A model generated the notes under the pieces. That model was not told the DNA's origin. It searched no databases and saw only the letters and a program-made list of their open reading frames with translations. The translations under genes were made by a program, and so were the position numbers. A stretch of 54,173 bases of DNA from Gammaproteobacteria bacterium (GTDB taxonomy: Bacteria > Pseudomonadota > Gammaproteobacteria > QNFN01), in assembly GCA_033722135.1 (NCBI GenBank), contig JAWVZO010000001.1, positions 1 to 54,173 on the forward strand, given 5' to 3'. Shown one piece after another: positions 29,574 through 42,076 of this stretch; position 1 is the stretch's first letter, and every line of letters begins with the position of its first letter.

Positions 29574-30452
29574 ATGACCCCCGACGCGCCGTCCATCGCC
29601 TGGCTCGACGGCGACTTGCTGCCCCTCGACCAGGCGCGCGTTCCGGTCCTCGACCGCGGCTTCCTGTTCGGCGACGCCGTCTACGAGGTGATCCCGGTCT
29701 ACGGCGGCCGCCCGTGCCGCATGGACGCGCACCTGCAGCGGCTCGCGGCCAGCCTCGCCGCGACGGCGATCCCCCCGCCCCACGACGACGCCGGCTGGCG
29801 CGACCTCCTCGGACGGCTGATCGAGGCCAACGGCGGCGGCGACTTGGCCCTCTACCTGCAGGTGACGCGCGGAGTGGCCCCACGGCGCGACCACGCAGTC
29901 GCCCCCGGGCTGGTGCCGACCGTGTTCGCGATGGCCATGCCGCTGCCGCCCCGCGACCCCGAGATCGCGGCGCGCGGCCTGCACGCCGTGACCGTCGCCG
30001 ACAGCCGCTGGGCGCGCTGCCAGGTCAAAGCCACGACGCTGCTGCCGAACGTGCTGCACAAGCTCGAGGCGGCCGGGACCGGCGCCGACGACGCGATTCT
30101 GGTGCGCGACGGCCGCGTGATCGAGGCGACCGCGAGCAACGTCTTCGCCGTCGTCGCGGACGGGACGCTGGTCACGCCGCCCGTCGACCTCGCGATGCTG
30201 ACCGGGGTGACCCGCAACCTGGTCATCGAACTCGCCGCGGAGGCCGGCATCGAAACGGAAGAGAGGGCGCTGCCGGTGACGGAGCTCGTCGCGGCCTGCG
30301 AGATCTGGATCACCAGCTCGACCCGGGAGGTCTGCCCGGTGACACGGCTCGACGGGCGTCCGGTCGGCGACGGGCGACCGGGTCCCCTCTGGCGCACCGT
30401 GGACCGCCTCTACCAGGAGTACAAGGCCGCGCTTTCCGACCCGGAACGATGA
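29574..30452 (+). CDS. Class IV (fold type IV) aminotransferase, D-amino-acid aminotransferase-like
   Basis: 292 aa: [30 protein letters not shown]...LYLQVTRG...EATASNVF... This sequence alone does not distinguish D-amino-acid aminotransferase, branched-chain amino acid aminotransferase (BCAT) and PabC. Confidence 0.75.
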   Translation: MTPDAPSIAWLDGDLLPLDQARVPVLDRGFLFGDAVYEVIPVYGGRPCRMDAHLQRLAASLAATAIPPPHDDAGWRDLLGRLIEANGGGDLALYLQVTRGVAPRRDHAVAPGLVPTVFAMAMPLPPRDPEIAARGLHAVTVADSRWARCQVKATTLLPNVLHKLEAAGTGADDAILVRDGRVIEATASNVFAVVADGTLVTPPVDLAMLTGVTRNLVIELAAEAGIETEERALPVTELVAACEIWITSSTREVCPVTRLDGRPVGDGRPGPLWRTVDRLYQEYKAALSDPER

Positions 30453-30718
30453 CCACCGACACCGAATCGCCGTTCGATTTCCCCTGCACGTTCCCGGTCA
30501 AGGCGATGGGGCGCGACGAGGAGGGGTTCGAGGCGACGGTGGTCGGCATCGTGCGCCGCCACGCGCCGGACCTCGGCGAGGGCGCGGTGACCACCCAGGC
30601 GAGCCGGCGCGGCCGCTACGTCTCGGTCACCGTGACCATCACCGCCACCAGCCGCGAGCAGCTCGACGCCATCTACAACGACCTGACCGCGCACCACCAG
30701 GTGCTGATGGCGCTGTGA
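30449..30718 (+). CDS. ybeD: YbeD/DUF493-family protein
   Basis: [41 protein letters not shown]..., 89 aa. ATGA overlap with the preceding gene. Conserved position upstream of lipB. Confidence 0.88.
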   Translation: MTTDTESPFDFPCTFPVKAMGRDEEGFEATVVGIVRRHAPDLGEGAVTTQASRRGRYVSVTVTITATSREQLDAIYNDLTAHHQVLMAL

Positions 30719-31371
30719 TCCTCGCCGACGACCCGGTCACCCGCCGCCTCGGCCGGCGCGACTACCTGCCGACCTGGGAGGCGATGCAGGCCTTCACCGA
30801 TCGGCGCGACGCCGATACCTCCGACGAGATCTGGCTCGTCGAACACCCGCCGGTCTTCACGCAGGGGATGAACGGGCGGCCCGAGCACCTCCTCGACCCC
30901 GGCGACATCCCGGTGGTCCAGGTCGACCGCGGCGGCCAGGTCACCTACCACGGCCCGGGCCAGCTGGTGGTCTACCCGCTGCTCGACCTGCGCCGCCGTC
31001 AGCTCGGCATCCGCGACCTGGTGCAGCGCCTGGAGTTCGCGGTCATCGACCTGCTCGCCGGGTATGGCATCGATGCCGTCGGCCGGCGCGACGCGCCCGG
31101 CGTCTACGTCGCGGGGCGCAAGATCGCCTCGCTGGGCCTGAGGGTCAGACGCAGCTGCAGCTACCACGGCCTGAGCCTCAACGTCGACCTCGATCCGGCC
31201 CCCTTCGCGCGCATCAACCCGTGCGGGCACGCCGGCCTCGAGGTGACCCGGACCGCGGACCTCGGCGGCCCGTCGGACTGGGACGAGGCCGCCACCGCCC
31301 TGCTGCCCCACCTGCTGCGCCAGTTGGCGCGCCCCACGGCGCCCCCGCCACGGCGGCAGACCCCGGCCTGA
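30715..31371 (+). CDS. lipB: Octanoyltransferase LipB
   Basis: The GTG start overlaps the ybeD stop. Motifs present: [37 protein letters not shown] and HGLSLNV. Confidence 0.93.
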   Translation: MILADDPVTRRLGRRDYLPTWEAMQAFTDRRDADTSDEIWLVEHPPVFTQGMNGRPEHLLDPGDIPVVQVDRGGQVTYHGPGQLVVYPLLDLRRRQLGIRDLVQRLEFAVIDLLAGYGIDAVGRRDAPGVYVAGRKIASLGLRVRRSCSYHGLSLNVDLDPAPFARINPCGHAGLEVTRTADLGGPSDWDEAATALLPHLLRQLARPTAPPPRRQTPA

Positions 31372-31410
31372 ATCACCGACCGGCCGCGGTGCCGGACGGG
31401 CCCCTGCGGC

Positions 31411-31941
31411 TCAGGCCTCGCCGCGTGCCGGGTAGTCCTTCTTCAGGATCATCTCCAACGCGCCGAGGATGTCCTTGAAGTGGGTCCGGGCGAACGGCAT
31501 GGTGTTCACCGAGGCCATGTAGAGTGTCCCGTCCGGACGCACCGCGAAGACCCCCGGCTCGCTGAACCGCTCCGGCTCCTCGATGCCGATCGAGCTCGTG
31601 CCGATGCCGGCGGAGATGTAGAGCCCCCACTCGCGGGCCTTGTCGAGGTCCAGCCCGTAGCCGACCGCGAGGTTTTCGAGCCCCCAGTCGGCGACCGCCT
31701 GCTCGGCGCGCTCCCGGACGTCGCTGCTGATCGCGACCGTGTCGACGCCGAGCCCGGCGAAGTCCCCGACCAGCCGGTCGAACTCCCGGATGTAGGTCCT
31801 GCAGATCGGGCAGTGCAGTCCCCGGTAGAAGCTGATCAGCGTGAAATTCTCCGGCCGGCGCTCGGCCAGGCGCCACGTGCCGCCCCCGACGAGGGGGACC
31901 TCGAGTTCGGGCACGGGCTGTCTCGGCATCAATCGGTTCAT
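31411..31941 (-). CDS. AhpC/TSA-family peroxiredoxin-like protein
   Basis: 176 aa: TLISFYRGLHCPICRTYIREF...VDTVAISSD... Confidence 0.8.
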   Translation of the reverse strand: MNRLMPRQPVPELEVPLVGGGTWRLAERRPENFTLISFYRGLHCPICRTYIREFDRLVGDFAGLGVDTVAISSDVRERAEQAVADWGLENLAVGYGLDLDKAREWGLYISAGIGTSSIGIEEPERFSEPGVFAVRPDGTLYMASVNTMPFARTHFKDILGALEMILKKDYPARGEA

Positions 31942-32047
31942 GTCGTCTCCCGGTCGTCGCGGCGACGATCACCGCGTCCACACAGCTTAGTCCCCGCGGG
32001 GGGCGCGACCAGTCCGGTCGGCCGGCCCGCCCCGGAGGCCGGGGCCT

Positions 32048-33121
32048 TCAGGCGAGCCAGCGCTCGAGGTCGGCGGCCACCGTCCCGGCGCCGTCCGGGA
32101 CCGGCCGTGGTGGCGCGGGCTGCTCCCAGAGCGCCTCGAGCGCCCCGGCGAGATCGCCGCTGCGCGCCTGCGCCAGGCTCACCTCGATGCACCGGCCGTG
32201 CCGCTTCAGCCAGTCGAGCAGGGCCGCCGACTCGGGCCATCCGCCGCGCGGCAGCGCGAGGACCGGCAGCCCGTGGCACGCCGCCTCGGCGAAGAGGCCG
32301 TAGCCGGGCTTCGCGAGAAGCGCGTCGCAGGAGGCGACCAGGTCCAGGAACGGCATCTCCAGCCGGTCGAACGGGTGGCTGTCGGCGCGCGTCACGCCCC
32401 AGTCGGCCTGGACCAGCCAGTGCACCCCGGGGACCGACGGCCACGCCTCCATCGGCAGGCGGGTCGGCACGCCGCCGAGCGCGACCAGCACCAGCCGCGC
32501 GCCCGGCGCGACGCCGAGCCGCTCGCGAAGCTCCCGCCCGCGCGGGCGGCCGAGGCCGGCGATCGGCCCGACCTCGACCGCGTTGGCCAGTTCGGGCATC
32601 GGCATGGCCGGCGCCGGGCGGTAGAAACAATGCGCGGCACGGTAGGCGGCGAGGATGGTCTCGCGCAACGCGGCGTCCTCCGGACCGTGGCAGTAGGCGG
32701 CATGGATCGCGCCCCAGTGTAGCGAGCAGACCGCGGCGGCCGGCAGGTCGACCCGTGCCGCCGCGGCGAGCGGCAGGTAGGGCACGTCGGCGAGCACCAG
32801 GTCCGGCGCGGCCTCCGCGAGTCGCCGCGCGGCCGCCTCGACCCGGCGCTCCAAGGCGGCGTGGAAGTCGCGGTAGGCGGCGCAACTCGCCGCTGCGTCG
32901 ACCTCCAGCGCATCGCGCATGCGCATGCCGACGTCGGGTCCGGACGCGACGTGGTCGAACGGCGGCGCCAGGTAGCGGGACGCCAGCAGGGAGCCCGGCA
33001 AGGCCGTCTCGACCGTCAGGCGCAGGTCGGGCCGGCGCGCGCGCAGCGCGGCGACGATCGGTGCCGCCTGGGCCGCGTGTCCGAAGCCGTGCGCCGACAG
33101 CGCGAGCCAGAGGTGCGCCAC
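32048..33121 (-). CDS. GT-B fold glycosyltransferase-like protein (MurG/GT28- or MJ1255-like), uncharacterised
   Basis: GTG start at 33121, 8 nt after the upstream stop. Sequence features: VAHLWLALSAHGFGHAAQAAPIVAALRARRPDLRL, LVLVALGG, CDALLAKPGYGLFAEAACHGLPVLALPRGGWPE. The family call is at fold level only. Confidence 0.55.
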   Translation of the reverse strand: MAHLWLALSAHGFGHAAQAAPIVAALRARRPDLRLTVETALPGSLLASRYLAPPFDHVASGPDVGMRMRDALEVDAAASCAAYRDFHAALERRVEAAARRLAEAAPDLVLADVPYLPLAAAARVDLPAAAVCSLHWGAIHAAYCHGPEDAALRETILAAYRAAHCFYRPAPAMPMPELANAVEVGPIAGLGRPRGRELRERLGVAPGARLVLVALGGVPTRLPMEAWPSVPGVHWLVQADWGVTRADSHPFDRLEMPFLDLVASCDALLAKPGYGLFAEAACHGLPVLALPRGGWPESAALLDWLKRHGRCIEVSLAQARSGDLAGALEALWEQPAPPRPVPDGAGTVAADLERWLA

Positions 33122-33129
33122 CGCGGGGA

Positions 33130-34164
33130 TCAGCGCGGCGCGAGCGTCGCCGGGTCGACCCGCTCCATCAGGTAGCAGAGGCAGTCCTGGCGGATGATCT
33201 CGGTGTTTACGGTCAGCATCGACGGCATCACCGGCTGGCGGGTCACGAGGCGGTCGCCGTCCACGTCGAAGTAGGCTCCGGTGACGTCCCTCCCGTCGAT
33301 GTCCCGCGCCGCGACGCACGCCCCGCCGTCGCAGCGGACCCAGCCGAACTGGGTCCCGGGCGGCAGCTCGCGGAAGTTCAGGTGGTCGAGGTCGCGCACC
33401 AGGTGGAGGCCCCGCTCGACCGGCTCGAAGTCGAACGGGATCCGCTCGGGCACCTTGACCACGGCTACGGTGTGGAACAGGTCCATGTCGTGCGGGGCGA
33501 CCGGGTGGTCGGGAACCTCGACCAGGTGCAGGCAGGCGTCGAGGTACCGCTCGGCGTGCTCGACACCGAGCGCCTGGCCGACCTGACCGCACTCCAGGGT
33601 CACCGCGGGGCAGATCTCGCCGAGCGCCATCGACTGCACACCGGCCGGGCGCGTGAAGTAGACCACGGTGCGGCCGAACAGCGTGGCGAGCTGGAAATAA
33701 CGGTCGTCGATGTAGTTGACGCAGGCGTAGTGGGGATTGAGTCCGGAGTTGTTGTGGACGTCGACGCTGGCGAACAGCCCGCGAGCGCGCAGCAGGTCGA
33801 CGACCTCGCGCATCATCCCCGCCTCGGGGCTGTCGCGGTCCTCGCCGCCGGGCCAGATGCGGTTGTAGTCGGGCTGGCCCGCGAGGCGACGCACGCCGCG
33901 GCGCGCCGCGGCGACGTTGCCGACGAACAGCGCGAGGCCACGCGGCAGCGGCTTCTCGCCGCCGCCGGGCGCGTAGCGGCGCAGCAGCGACTGCACCGCC
34001 AGCAGCCCGGTGGTCTCGTTGCCGTGCAGCAGCACCGTGACGAACAGCGCCGGTTCCCGCCGCCCCCCGAGCAGGAACAGCGTCGGCCCCGGCACGATGC
34101 GGTGCAGGTCCCGCGCGTCGCAATCGAGGAATCCCTCCGGGAGCCGTTCGGCGACGGTCAGCAT
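33130..34164 (-). CDS. AstE/AspA-family zinc hydrolase (succinylglutamate desuccinylase/aspartoacylase-like, M14-related)
   Basis: 344 aa with VTVLLHGNETTG (HxxE zinc motif) and ASVDVHNNSG (third His ligand). The ATG at 34164 lies 1 nt from the upstream stop. Confidence 0.7.
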   Translation of the reverse strand: MLTVAERLPEGFLDCDARDLHRIVPGPTLFLLGGRREPALFVTVLLHGNETTGLLAVQSLLRRYAPGGGEKPLPRGLALFVGNVAAARRGVRRLAGQPDYNRIWPGGEDRDSPEAGMMREVVDLLRARGLFASVDVHNNSGLNPHYACVNYIDDRYFQLATLFGRTVVYFTRPAGVQSMALGEICPAVTLECGQVGQALGVEHAERYLDACLHLVEVPDHPVAPHDMDLFHTVAVVKVPERIPFDFEPVERGLHLVRDLDHLNFRELPPGTQFGWVRCDGGACVAARDIDGRDVTGAYFDVDGDRLVTRQPVMPSMLTVNTEIIRQDCLCYLMERVDPATLAPR

Positions 34165-34165
34165 G

Positions 34166-35587
34166 TCACCCGAGCCCCCACTCGTGGACCGGCCGTCCCC
34201 TGGCCTGCTCGGCCAGGTAGGCCTCGGCCAGCCCCTGCATGTCCCGACCGTGGACGGCGACCCAGGCCCGCTGCCAGTCGCTGCCGGTGCGCCGTCCCCG
34301 CACGCGGGCCTCGATCACCTCGAGGTAGTCCATGCGGTCGCCGCGGTCGACCTCGAGCCGCTCGAGACCGCGCCGCGCGGCCGGCAGCAGGTAGGCCGTG
34401 AACAGCTCCACGGCCGGTCCGCTGCGGCCGTCGAACCAGCCGAGCTCGGCGTCGAGCCCGAGGCGGGCGGCGGCATAGAAGTTGGCGCGGGCCACGCTGA
34501 AGGGCAGGCGGTTGACGAGCTCCCGGCCCGCCTCCGAGAGCGCCTGCACCAGGCCGAAGAAGAGCGCGGCGTTGCAGATGCAGTCGATCATGCTCGGCCC
34601 GGCCGGCAGGGTGCGGTGCTCGATGCGCAGCTGCGGACGGCCGTCCTCTCCGAACCCGACCAGCGGACGGTTCCAGCGCCAGATGGTCCCGTTGTGGAGG
34701 CAGACGTGGTTGAACGCCTCCACCGGGCCGTCGGCGATCACCGGCAGCATGACCGGGAAATCGCGCCGGTTGCGCTCGAACAGCTCGTGCACGCTCCGGT
34801 CGAGGTAGCCGTGGCCGAACGTGACCCGCTTGGGCCCGCCGCCGGCGGAGACGTCGACGGCCTGCTCGAACAGCGGCACCCGGGTCTCGCACCACAGGTC
34901 GTGACCGAACAGGTACGGCGAGTTCGCAGCCGCGGCGACCAGCGGCCCGCTCGCCGCCACGGCGGCGTTGAAATCGGCGACCACGCGCGCGGGCGAGGTC
35001 TCGAGGTGGATCTGGAAGGAGGTCGCCATCGACTCGAGCATCACGCCGTCGTGGTGCATGTGCAGCGGGTCGTAGCCGTCGATGTCGATCTCGGTCGGCG
35101 CACCGCCGCGCAGGCGCGTGAGCTGGTCGTTCAGAGCGCGGTAGCGGTGCTGGTCGGACATGTTCTCCAGGACCAGATCCTCCTCCCGCGCGGCCGGCCA
35201 GATGCCGACCATCGCCAGCCGCGCGCCGAGCGTCGCGGCGACCCGGCCGCACTCGGCCCAGGTCCCCGCGAGCTCCTCGCCGAGACGGCGCAGACCGCTG
35301 CCGCCGAGTTCCTGCGGCACGCCGTTGAGCTCGACGTTGAAGCGCGCCAGCTCCTGGACCACCAGCGGGTTGGCGAGCCGCTCGAGGAAGACCTCGTTGC
35401 ACGGCGCGGGCCGCGCCGCGGCATCGACCAGCCACGCCTCGAGCTCGAAGCCACCCCGCTCCGCGCCGGAGAGCACCCGGCCGGACGCCAGGTAACGGCT
35501 GAGCAGCGCGGTCTCTTCCTCGAGCCTGCGCGAGAACCGCAGGAAGTCACCGGGCGTGAACTCCGAGGTGCCGATCTCCTTGCCCAC
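34166..35587 (-). CDS. GCS2-family carboxylate-amine ligase (glutamate-cysteine ligase family 2-like)
   Basis: GTG start at 35587, 8 nt after the murU stop. 473 aa: GGFELEAWLVD...RFNVELNGVPQEL...SFQIHLE...NSPYLFGHDLWCETRVPLFEQ...LRIEHRTLPAGPS... Confidence 0.7.
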   Translation of the reverse strand: MGKEIGTSEFTPGDFLRFSRRLEEETALLSRYLASGRVLSGAERGGFELEAWLVDAAARPAPCNEVFLERLANPLVVQELARFNVELNGVPQELGGSGLRRLGEELAGTWAECGRVAATLGARLAMVGIWPAAREEDLVLENMSDQHRYRALNDQLTRLRGGAPTEIDIDGYDPLHMHHDGVMLESMATSFQIHLETSPARVVADFNAAVAASGPLVAAAANSPYLFGHDLWCETRVPLFEQAVDVSAGGGPKRVTFGHGYLDRSVHELFERNRRDFPVMLPVIADGPVEAFNHVCLHNGTIWRWNRPLVGFGEDGRPQLRIEHRTLPAGPSMIDCICNAALFFGLVQALSEAGRELVNRLPFSVARANFYAAARLGLDAELGWFDGRSGPAVELFTAYLLPAARRGLERLEVDRGDRMDYLEVIEARVRGRRTGSDWQRAWVAVHGRDMQGLAEAYLAEQARGRPVHEWGLG

Positions 35588-35595
35588 GGCCGACC

Positions 35596-37271
<1,676 letters not shown>

Positions 37272-37309
37272 TTGCCGGGGGTTGCGTGGAAGCGGGTCTG
37301 GCGGGCGGT

Positions 37310-37334
37310 TAGAATGGCCCCCCGCGCCATTCTA
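37310..37334 (+). promoter_or_regulatory. Candidate lptD -10 hexamer (TAGAAT, as TAGAATGGCC) embedded in a perfect 9-bp inverted repeat
   Basis: TAGAATGGC (37310-37318), then CCCCCGC, then GCCATTCTA (37326-37334). The repeat ends 16 nt before the lptD ATG at 37351. Confidence 0.4.
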
Positions 37335-37350
37335 TGCGGCATTCGCCACC

Positions 37351-39663
37351 ATGAGAACCAAGCCCGGCCCACGCCGCTACGCGCTGTTCCTGCTGCCCTG
37401 CCTGGCCCTCGCCCGCCCCGTCGTCGCCGCCGGGCCCTGCCCGGACGCGAGCGACCCCGCCTGCCGCGCCGACAGCGGCTGGACGATGTGCCGGGCGCCG
37501 CTCGCCTCGCCGCTGGACCGTCCCTCGCCCGAGGCGAGGCTCCGCGCCGAGCTGCTGATCGAGGCCGGCAGCGCCGAGTACGTCGCGGGCACCCGCGCGG
37601 AGCTCGACGAGGGCTTCGAGATGTCGCGCCTCGACCAGCGGCTGCAGGCCACGCGGGGCAGCTACGACCGCGCGACGGGCACGTTCCGCGCCACCGGGGA
37701 CGTCTACTACCGCGAGACCGGCATCGCGCTGACCGGCGACGCGTTCCGGCTGCAGCTCGACAGCAATGCCGGCCGCATCGAGCAGGCCCGCTACGCCCTC
37801 GTCGAGCAGCACGCCCGCGGACGCGCCGATCGGGCCGCCTGGGACGGCGCCGGGCACGCCGACCTCGAGCGCGCGACCTACACCACCTGCGATCCCGGCG
37901 ACGGCAGCTGGCTGCTCACCGCCACGCGCATCGACCTGGACTTCGACGAGGGTCTGGGCGAGGCGGAGGACGCGGTGCTGCGCATCGCCGACGTGCCGGT
38001 GTTCTACACGCCCTGGATCCAGTTCCCGATCGACGACCGCCGGCGCAGCGGCCTGCTGATGCCGAGCATCGGCAACTCGAGCGACAGCGGGTTCGACCTC
38101 GCCCTGCCCTACTACTGGAACATCGCGCCCAACCGCGACGCGACGTTCACGCCGCGGGTGATGAGCAAGCGCGGCCTGCAGCTGGGCACCGAGTACCGCT
38201 ACCTCTATGTGACCGACGATGTGCGGCGCTTCATCCAGCAGGGGCAGTTCGATCTCGAGGTGTTGCCGGACGATGACATCTTCGGAGACGACCGTGTCGG
38301 CCTGCGTGTCCAGCACACCGGCCGTCCTGCCGACCACTGGAGTCTCGGCCTCGATGCCGGCTACGTTTCCGATAGCGAGTACCTGCGTGACCTGGGCGGC
38401 ACCCTGGCCGAGTCCAACGCCAATTTCGTCACGCGTCGCGGTTACGCCACCTACGCGGCAGGCGACTTGGGGTTCAGCGCCCAGTTCGACTACCGGCAAC
38501 CCCTAGTCGAATCGCGCCCCTACCAGGCGCTGCCACGACTGCTGTTCGACTACGCCCCCTATGGCGAGGGCCTGCTGCGCTATGGCCTGGATGCCGAGAT
38601 GGTGCGTTACGACCGGAAGGAGGCTCGGAACGGCAACCCGGAGGTGACCGGCTTGCGGCTCGACCTGCAGCCTTGGTTCGGCGCAAGCGCCCAACGCCCA
38701 TGGGGATTCCTGGAGCCCCGCGTGGCACTGCGCCACACCGCCTACCGGCTCGACGACGCCGGACCCGGGAGCGACGGCCGCCCCACCCGGACCCTGCCTG
38801 TGGCCAGTATCGACGGCGGCCTGTTCTTCGATCGCGAGGCGTTTGGCGGCACGCTGCGCCAGACCCTTGAGCCGCGCCTTTTCTACCTCTTCGTTCCGTA
38901 CGAAGACCAACGGGGGCTGATCACGAACTCGCGTGGCAGCGACGTCGTGTTCGATACCGGGCTGCCTCGATTCAGCTGGAACTCGCTCTTTCGCGACAAC
39001 CGCTTCAGTGGCGCAGACAGGGTTGGCGACGCGAACCAGCTGAGCGTCGCGATCACCTCGCGCTTCGTCGACGATCGCAACGGCAGCGAGCGCGCGCGTT
39101 TCGACCTGGGGCAGATCCTCTACTTCCGGGACCGCAAGGTTACGCCGCCCCGACGGGAAGTCGATACCAGCACGACCTCGCCGATCGTCGCGCGCGCCAC
39201 CGCGTACCCCGGGTACGACCTGAGCCTGAGCGGTGAACTGATCTGGGATCCTGACAAGGAACGTACCGAGAGCGGCTCGCTGACGGTCGCCTATCGACCG
39301 GGAGCGCGCCGCCTAGCCCGGGTCGCCTATCGCACGAGCCGAGACACCCGACGCGAAATCATCGAGCAGATCGACGCCGGCATCAGCTGGCCGATCGGTG
39401 GAAGCTGGCACGCCGTCGGCCGCTGGCTCTACTCCATCGAGGCGTCGACCAGTCTCGAAACGTTCGTGGGTTTCGAGTATAAGAGTTGCTGCTGGGCGAC
39501 ACGCCTCGTGCTGCGCGACTTCGTCCGCGACGTGCAGCAACCGGACACCAGGGATACCGCGGTGATGCTCCAGTTCGAGCTCTCGGGGCTCGGCCACCTC
39601 GGTGACGACGTCACCGGTTTCCTCCGCGCGAGCCTGCCCGGCTACACCGGGGCCCGCCCCTGA
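37351..39663 (+). CDS. lptD: LPS-assembly outer membrane protein LptD
   Basis: 770 aa with signal peptide MRTKPGPRRYALFLLPCLALARPVVAA. Sequence features: DVPVFYTPWIQFPIDDRRRSGLLMPSIGNSSDSGFDL and PYYWNIAPNRDATFTPR. Confidence 0.95.
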   Translation: MRTKPGPRRYALFLLPCLALARPVVAAGPCPDASDPACRADSGWTMCRAPLASPLDRPSPEARLRAELLIEAGSAEYVAGTRAELDEGFEMSRLDQRLQATRGSYDRATGTFRATGDVYYRETGIALTGDAFRLQLDSNAGRIEQARYALVEQHARGRADRAAWDGAGHADLERATYTTCDPGDGSWLLTATRIDLDFDEGLGEAEDAVLRIADVPVFYTPWIQFPIDDRRRSGLLMPSIGNSSDSGFDLALPYYWNIAPNRDATFTPRVMSKRGLQLGTEYRYLYVTDDVRRFIQQGQFDLEVLPDDDIFGDDRVGLRVQHTGRPADHWSLGLDAGYVSDSEYLRDLGGTLAESNANFVTRRGYATYAAGDLGFSAQFDYRQPLVESRPYQALPRLLFDYAPYGEGLLRYGLDAEMVRYDRKEARNGNPEVTGLRLDLQPWFGASAQRPWGFLEPRVALRHTAYRLDDAGPGSDGRPTRTLPVASIDGGLFFDREAFGGTLRQTLEPRLFYLFVPYEDQRGLITNSRGSDVVFDTGLPRFSWNSLFRDNRFSGADRVGDANQLSVAITSRFVDDRNGSERARFDLGQILYFRDRKVTPPRREVDTSTTSPIVARATAYPGYDLSLSGELIWDPDKERTESGSLTVAYRPGARRLARVAYRTSRDTRREIIEQIDAGISWPIGGSWHAVGRWLYSIEASTSLETFVGFEYKSCCWATRLVLRDFVRDVQQPDTRDTAVMLQFELSGLGHLGDDVTGFLRASLPGYTGARP

Positions 39664-39697
39664 CCGCGACCGATTCAAACCGACCGAGAACGTCACG

Positions 39698-40990
39698 ATG
39701 CCGCTTCGCCGATTCCTGCTTCCCGCCCTCCTCCTGCTGCTGACCGCGCGCGTCGTCGCCGCCGCGCCCGAGCTCGTCGACCGCGTCGTCGCGGTGGTCA
39801 ACGACAGCGTCATCACCCTGACCGAACTCGAGGACCGCGTGCAGCTGGTCAAGGCGCAGCTCCAGCGCCAGGAGACCCGGCTGCCGCCGGAGAACGTGCT
39901 GCAGCGCCAGGTCCTCGAGCGGATGGTCCTCGAGGAGCTGCAGATGCAGCTCGCGGCGAAGACCGGGATCATCGTCGACGACATCGAGCTCAACAACGCC
40001 CTGCGCGAGATCGCGCGCCGCAACGACATGAACCTGCTCGAGTTCCGCCAGACCATCGAGAAGGACGGCTACGAGTTCAGCCGCCTGCGCGAGGACATCC
40101 GGGTCGACATGACCACGGCGCGGCTGCGCGAGCGGCAGATCAACAACCGGATCACCATCACCGACCAGGAGGTCGATAGCCTGCTCGAGCGCGAGGCCCA
40201 GCTCGGCGACGCCCAGGTCGAATACCATCTGGGGCACATCCTCGTCGCCCTGCCCGAGGCGGCGAGCCCGGTGCAGATCCAGGCCGCCGAGGAGAAGGTG
40301 CGCGACATCGCCGCGCGGCTGGAGGCCGGTGCCGATTTCGCGCAGACCGCCATTGCCGAGTCGGACGGCCAACAGGCGCTCGCGGGCGGCGACCTCGGCT
40401 GGCGCGACGCCGGGCAGATCCCGCGGCTGTTCGTCGATGCCGTCGTCGGCATGGAGGTCGGCGAGGTCAGCTCACCGATCCGCAGCCCCAGCGGCTTCCA
40501 CCTGGTCAAGCTGCTCGACAAGCGCGGCGACGAGAAGCGGTACATCACCCAGACCCGGGTCCGCCACATCCTGATCACGCCCACCGCCGTGATCTCCAGC
40601 GACGAGGCCCGGCAGCGCCTGGAGCGCCTGCGCGACCGGATCGCCAACGGCGAGTCGTTCGCCGCGCTGGCGCAGGCCAATTCCGTCGATGCACGCAGCG
40701 CCAGCCAGGGGGGCGATCTCGGCTGGGTCAGCCCGGGCGAACTGGTTCCCGTCTTCGAGGAGGCGATGAACGCACTGCCTGTCGGCGGCCTTAGCCAGCC
40801 GGTGCGCAGCCAGTTCGGCTGGCATCTCATCCAGGTGGAGGACCGGCGTCAGCAGGATGTCACCGAGGAGGCGCGGCGCAACCGGGCGCGCATGGCGCTG
40901 TTCCGGCGCAAGGTCGAGGAGGAGACCCAGCTCTGGGCCCGGCGCCTGCGCGACGAGGCCTACGTGGACTACCGCCTGGAAGACGAGTGA
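39698..40990 (+). CDS. surA: Periplasmic chaperone/peptidyl-prolyl isomerase SurA
   Basis: Signal peptide [24 protein letters not shown], then [19 protein letters not shown] and two parvulin domains (GGDLGW appears twice). Confidence 0.95.
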   Translation: MPLRRFLLPALLLLLTARVVAAAPELVDRVVAVVNDSVITLTELEDRVQLVKAQLQRQETRLPPENVLQRQVLERMVLEELQMQLAAKTGIIVDDIELNNALREIARRNDMNLLEFRQTIEKDGYEFSRLREDIRVDMTTARLRERQINNRITITDQEVDSLLEREAQLGDAQVEYHLGHILVALPEAASPVQIQAAEEKVRDIAARLEAGADFAQTAIAESDGQQALAGGDLGWRDAGQIPRLFVDAVVGMEVGEVSSPIRSPSGFHLVKLLDKRGDEKRYITQTRVRHILITPTAVISSDEARQRLERLRDRIANGESFAALAQANSVDARSASQGGDLGWVSPGELVPVFEEAMNALPVGGLSQPVRSQFGWHLIQVEDRRQQDVTEEARRNRARMALFRRKVEEETQLWARRLRDEAYVDYRLEDE

Positions 40991-41976
40991 CCCCGGGGGC
41001 CGTCCGCCTGGCCCTGACGCCGGGCGAGCCGGCCGGCGTCGGCCCCGAGCTCTGCGTGCAGGCAGCCCAGCGGGACTGGCCCGCCGAGCTGATCGTCTTC
41101 GCCGATCCGCGTCTGTTGCGCGAGCGCGCCGAGCGGCTCGGCCTACCCCTCGAGCTTCGCGACCACGATCCCGACCGCCCCGCGATCCCCCAGCCGGCCG
41201 GCACTCTGACCGTCGCCCCGGTGGAACTGGCGGTTCCCGCCGAACCCGGCCGGCTCGATCCGGCGAACGCGGGCTACGTTCTCGAGACGCTGCGCAATGC
41301 GACCGCGGCCTGCCTCGCGGGCCACGTCGCCGGCCTGGTCACCGGGCCGGTGCACAAGGGCGTGATCAATGACGCCGGCATCGCGTTCAGCGGCCACACC
41401 GAGTTCCTCGCCGCTCTGGCCGGAGGGCACCCGGTGATGATGCTCGCCTGTCCCGGGCTGCGCGTCGCGCTGGTCACCACCCACCTGCCGCTCGCCGAGG
41501 TGCCGCGGGCCATCGACGCTGCGACCCTCGAGCGGGTGCTTCGCGTGCTGGTCGGCGACCTCGCCGGCCGCTTCGGCTGCCCGAGGCCGAGGGTGCTGGT
41601 CTGCGGGCTCAACCCGCATGCGGGCGAGGGCGGGCACCTCGGGCGCGAGGAGATCGAGGTCATCACACCGACGCTGGAGCAGCTGCGCGGCGAGGGCCTG
41701 GACCTGGTCGGGCCGCTCCCGGCCGACACCGCGTTCACCCCGTCCGCGCTGGCGGGCGCCGACGCGGTGCTGGCGATGTACCACGACCAGGGGCTGCCGG
41801 TGCTCAAGCACCTCGGCTTCGGCCGGGCGATCAACGTCACCCTCGGCCTGCCGCTCGTGCGCACCTCGGTCGACCACGGCACCGCGCTCGATCTCGCCGG
41901 CAGCGGCCGGGCCGATCCCGGCAGCCTCCACGCGGCGATCGACACGGCCCTGGAGATGGTCGCGGCGGGCGGCTGA
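40987..41976 (+). CDS. pdxA: 4-hydroxythreonine-4-phosphate dehydrogenase
   Basis: The GTG start overlaps the surA stop. Motifs present: [41 protein letters not shown] and RTSVDHGTA. Confidence 0.95.
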   Translation: MTPGAVRLALTPGEPAGVGPELCVQAAQRDWPAELIVFADPRLLRERAERLGLPLELRDHDPDRPAIPQPAGTLTVAPVELAVPAEPGRLDPANAGYVLETLRNATAACLAGHVAGLVTGPVHKGVINDAGIAFSGHTEFLAALAGGHPVMMLACPGLRVALVTTHLPLAEVPRAIDAATLERVLRVLVGDLAGRFGCPRPRVLVCGLNPHAGEGGHLGREEIEVITPTLEQLRGEGLDLVGPLPADTAFTPSALAGADAVLAMYHDQGLPVLKHLGFGRAINVTLGLPLVRTSVDHGTALDLAGSGRADPGSLHAAIDTALEMVAAGG

Positions 41977-42076
41977 TCGCGGCGGGCCACGGGCAGGCCG
42001 CGGGGCCCTGGGGCCGTCGACGGACCCCGCCCGTCGCCCTATGCTGGTGGTGACCCCCGAAACACCCGGGAAACGA

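Noticed and set aside
31372-31410. Absence of lipA directly after lipB as an anomaly.
   Set aside because: lipA is not immediately adjacent to lipB in E. coli either, so the absence from this spot is not informative.
32020-32047. GC hairpin (CCCCGG-AGG-CCGGGG) just downstream of the glycosyltransferase gene, as the terminator of the five-gene array.
   Set aside because: The loop is very short and there is no U tract on the minus strand. I cannot distinguish it from ordinary GC-rich self-complementarity.
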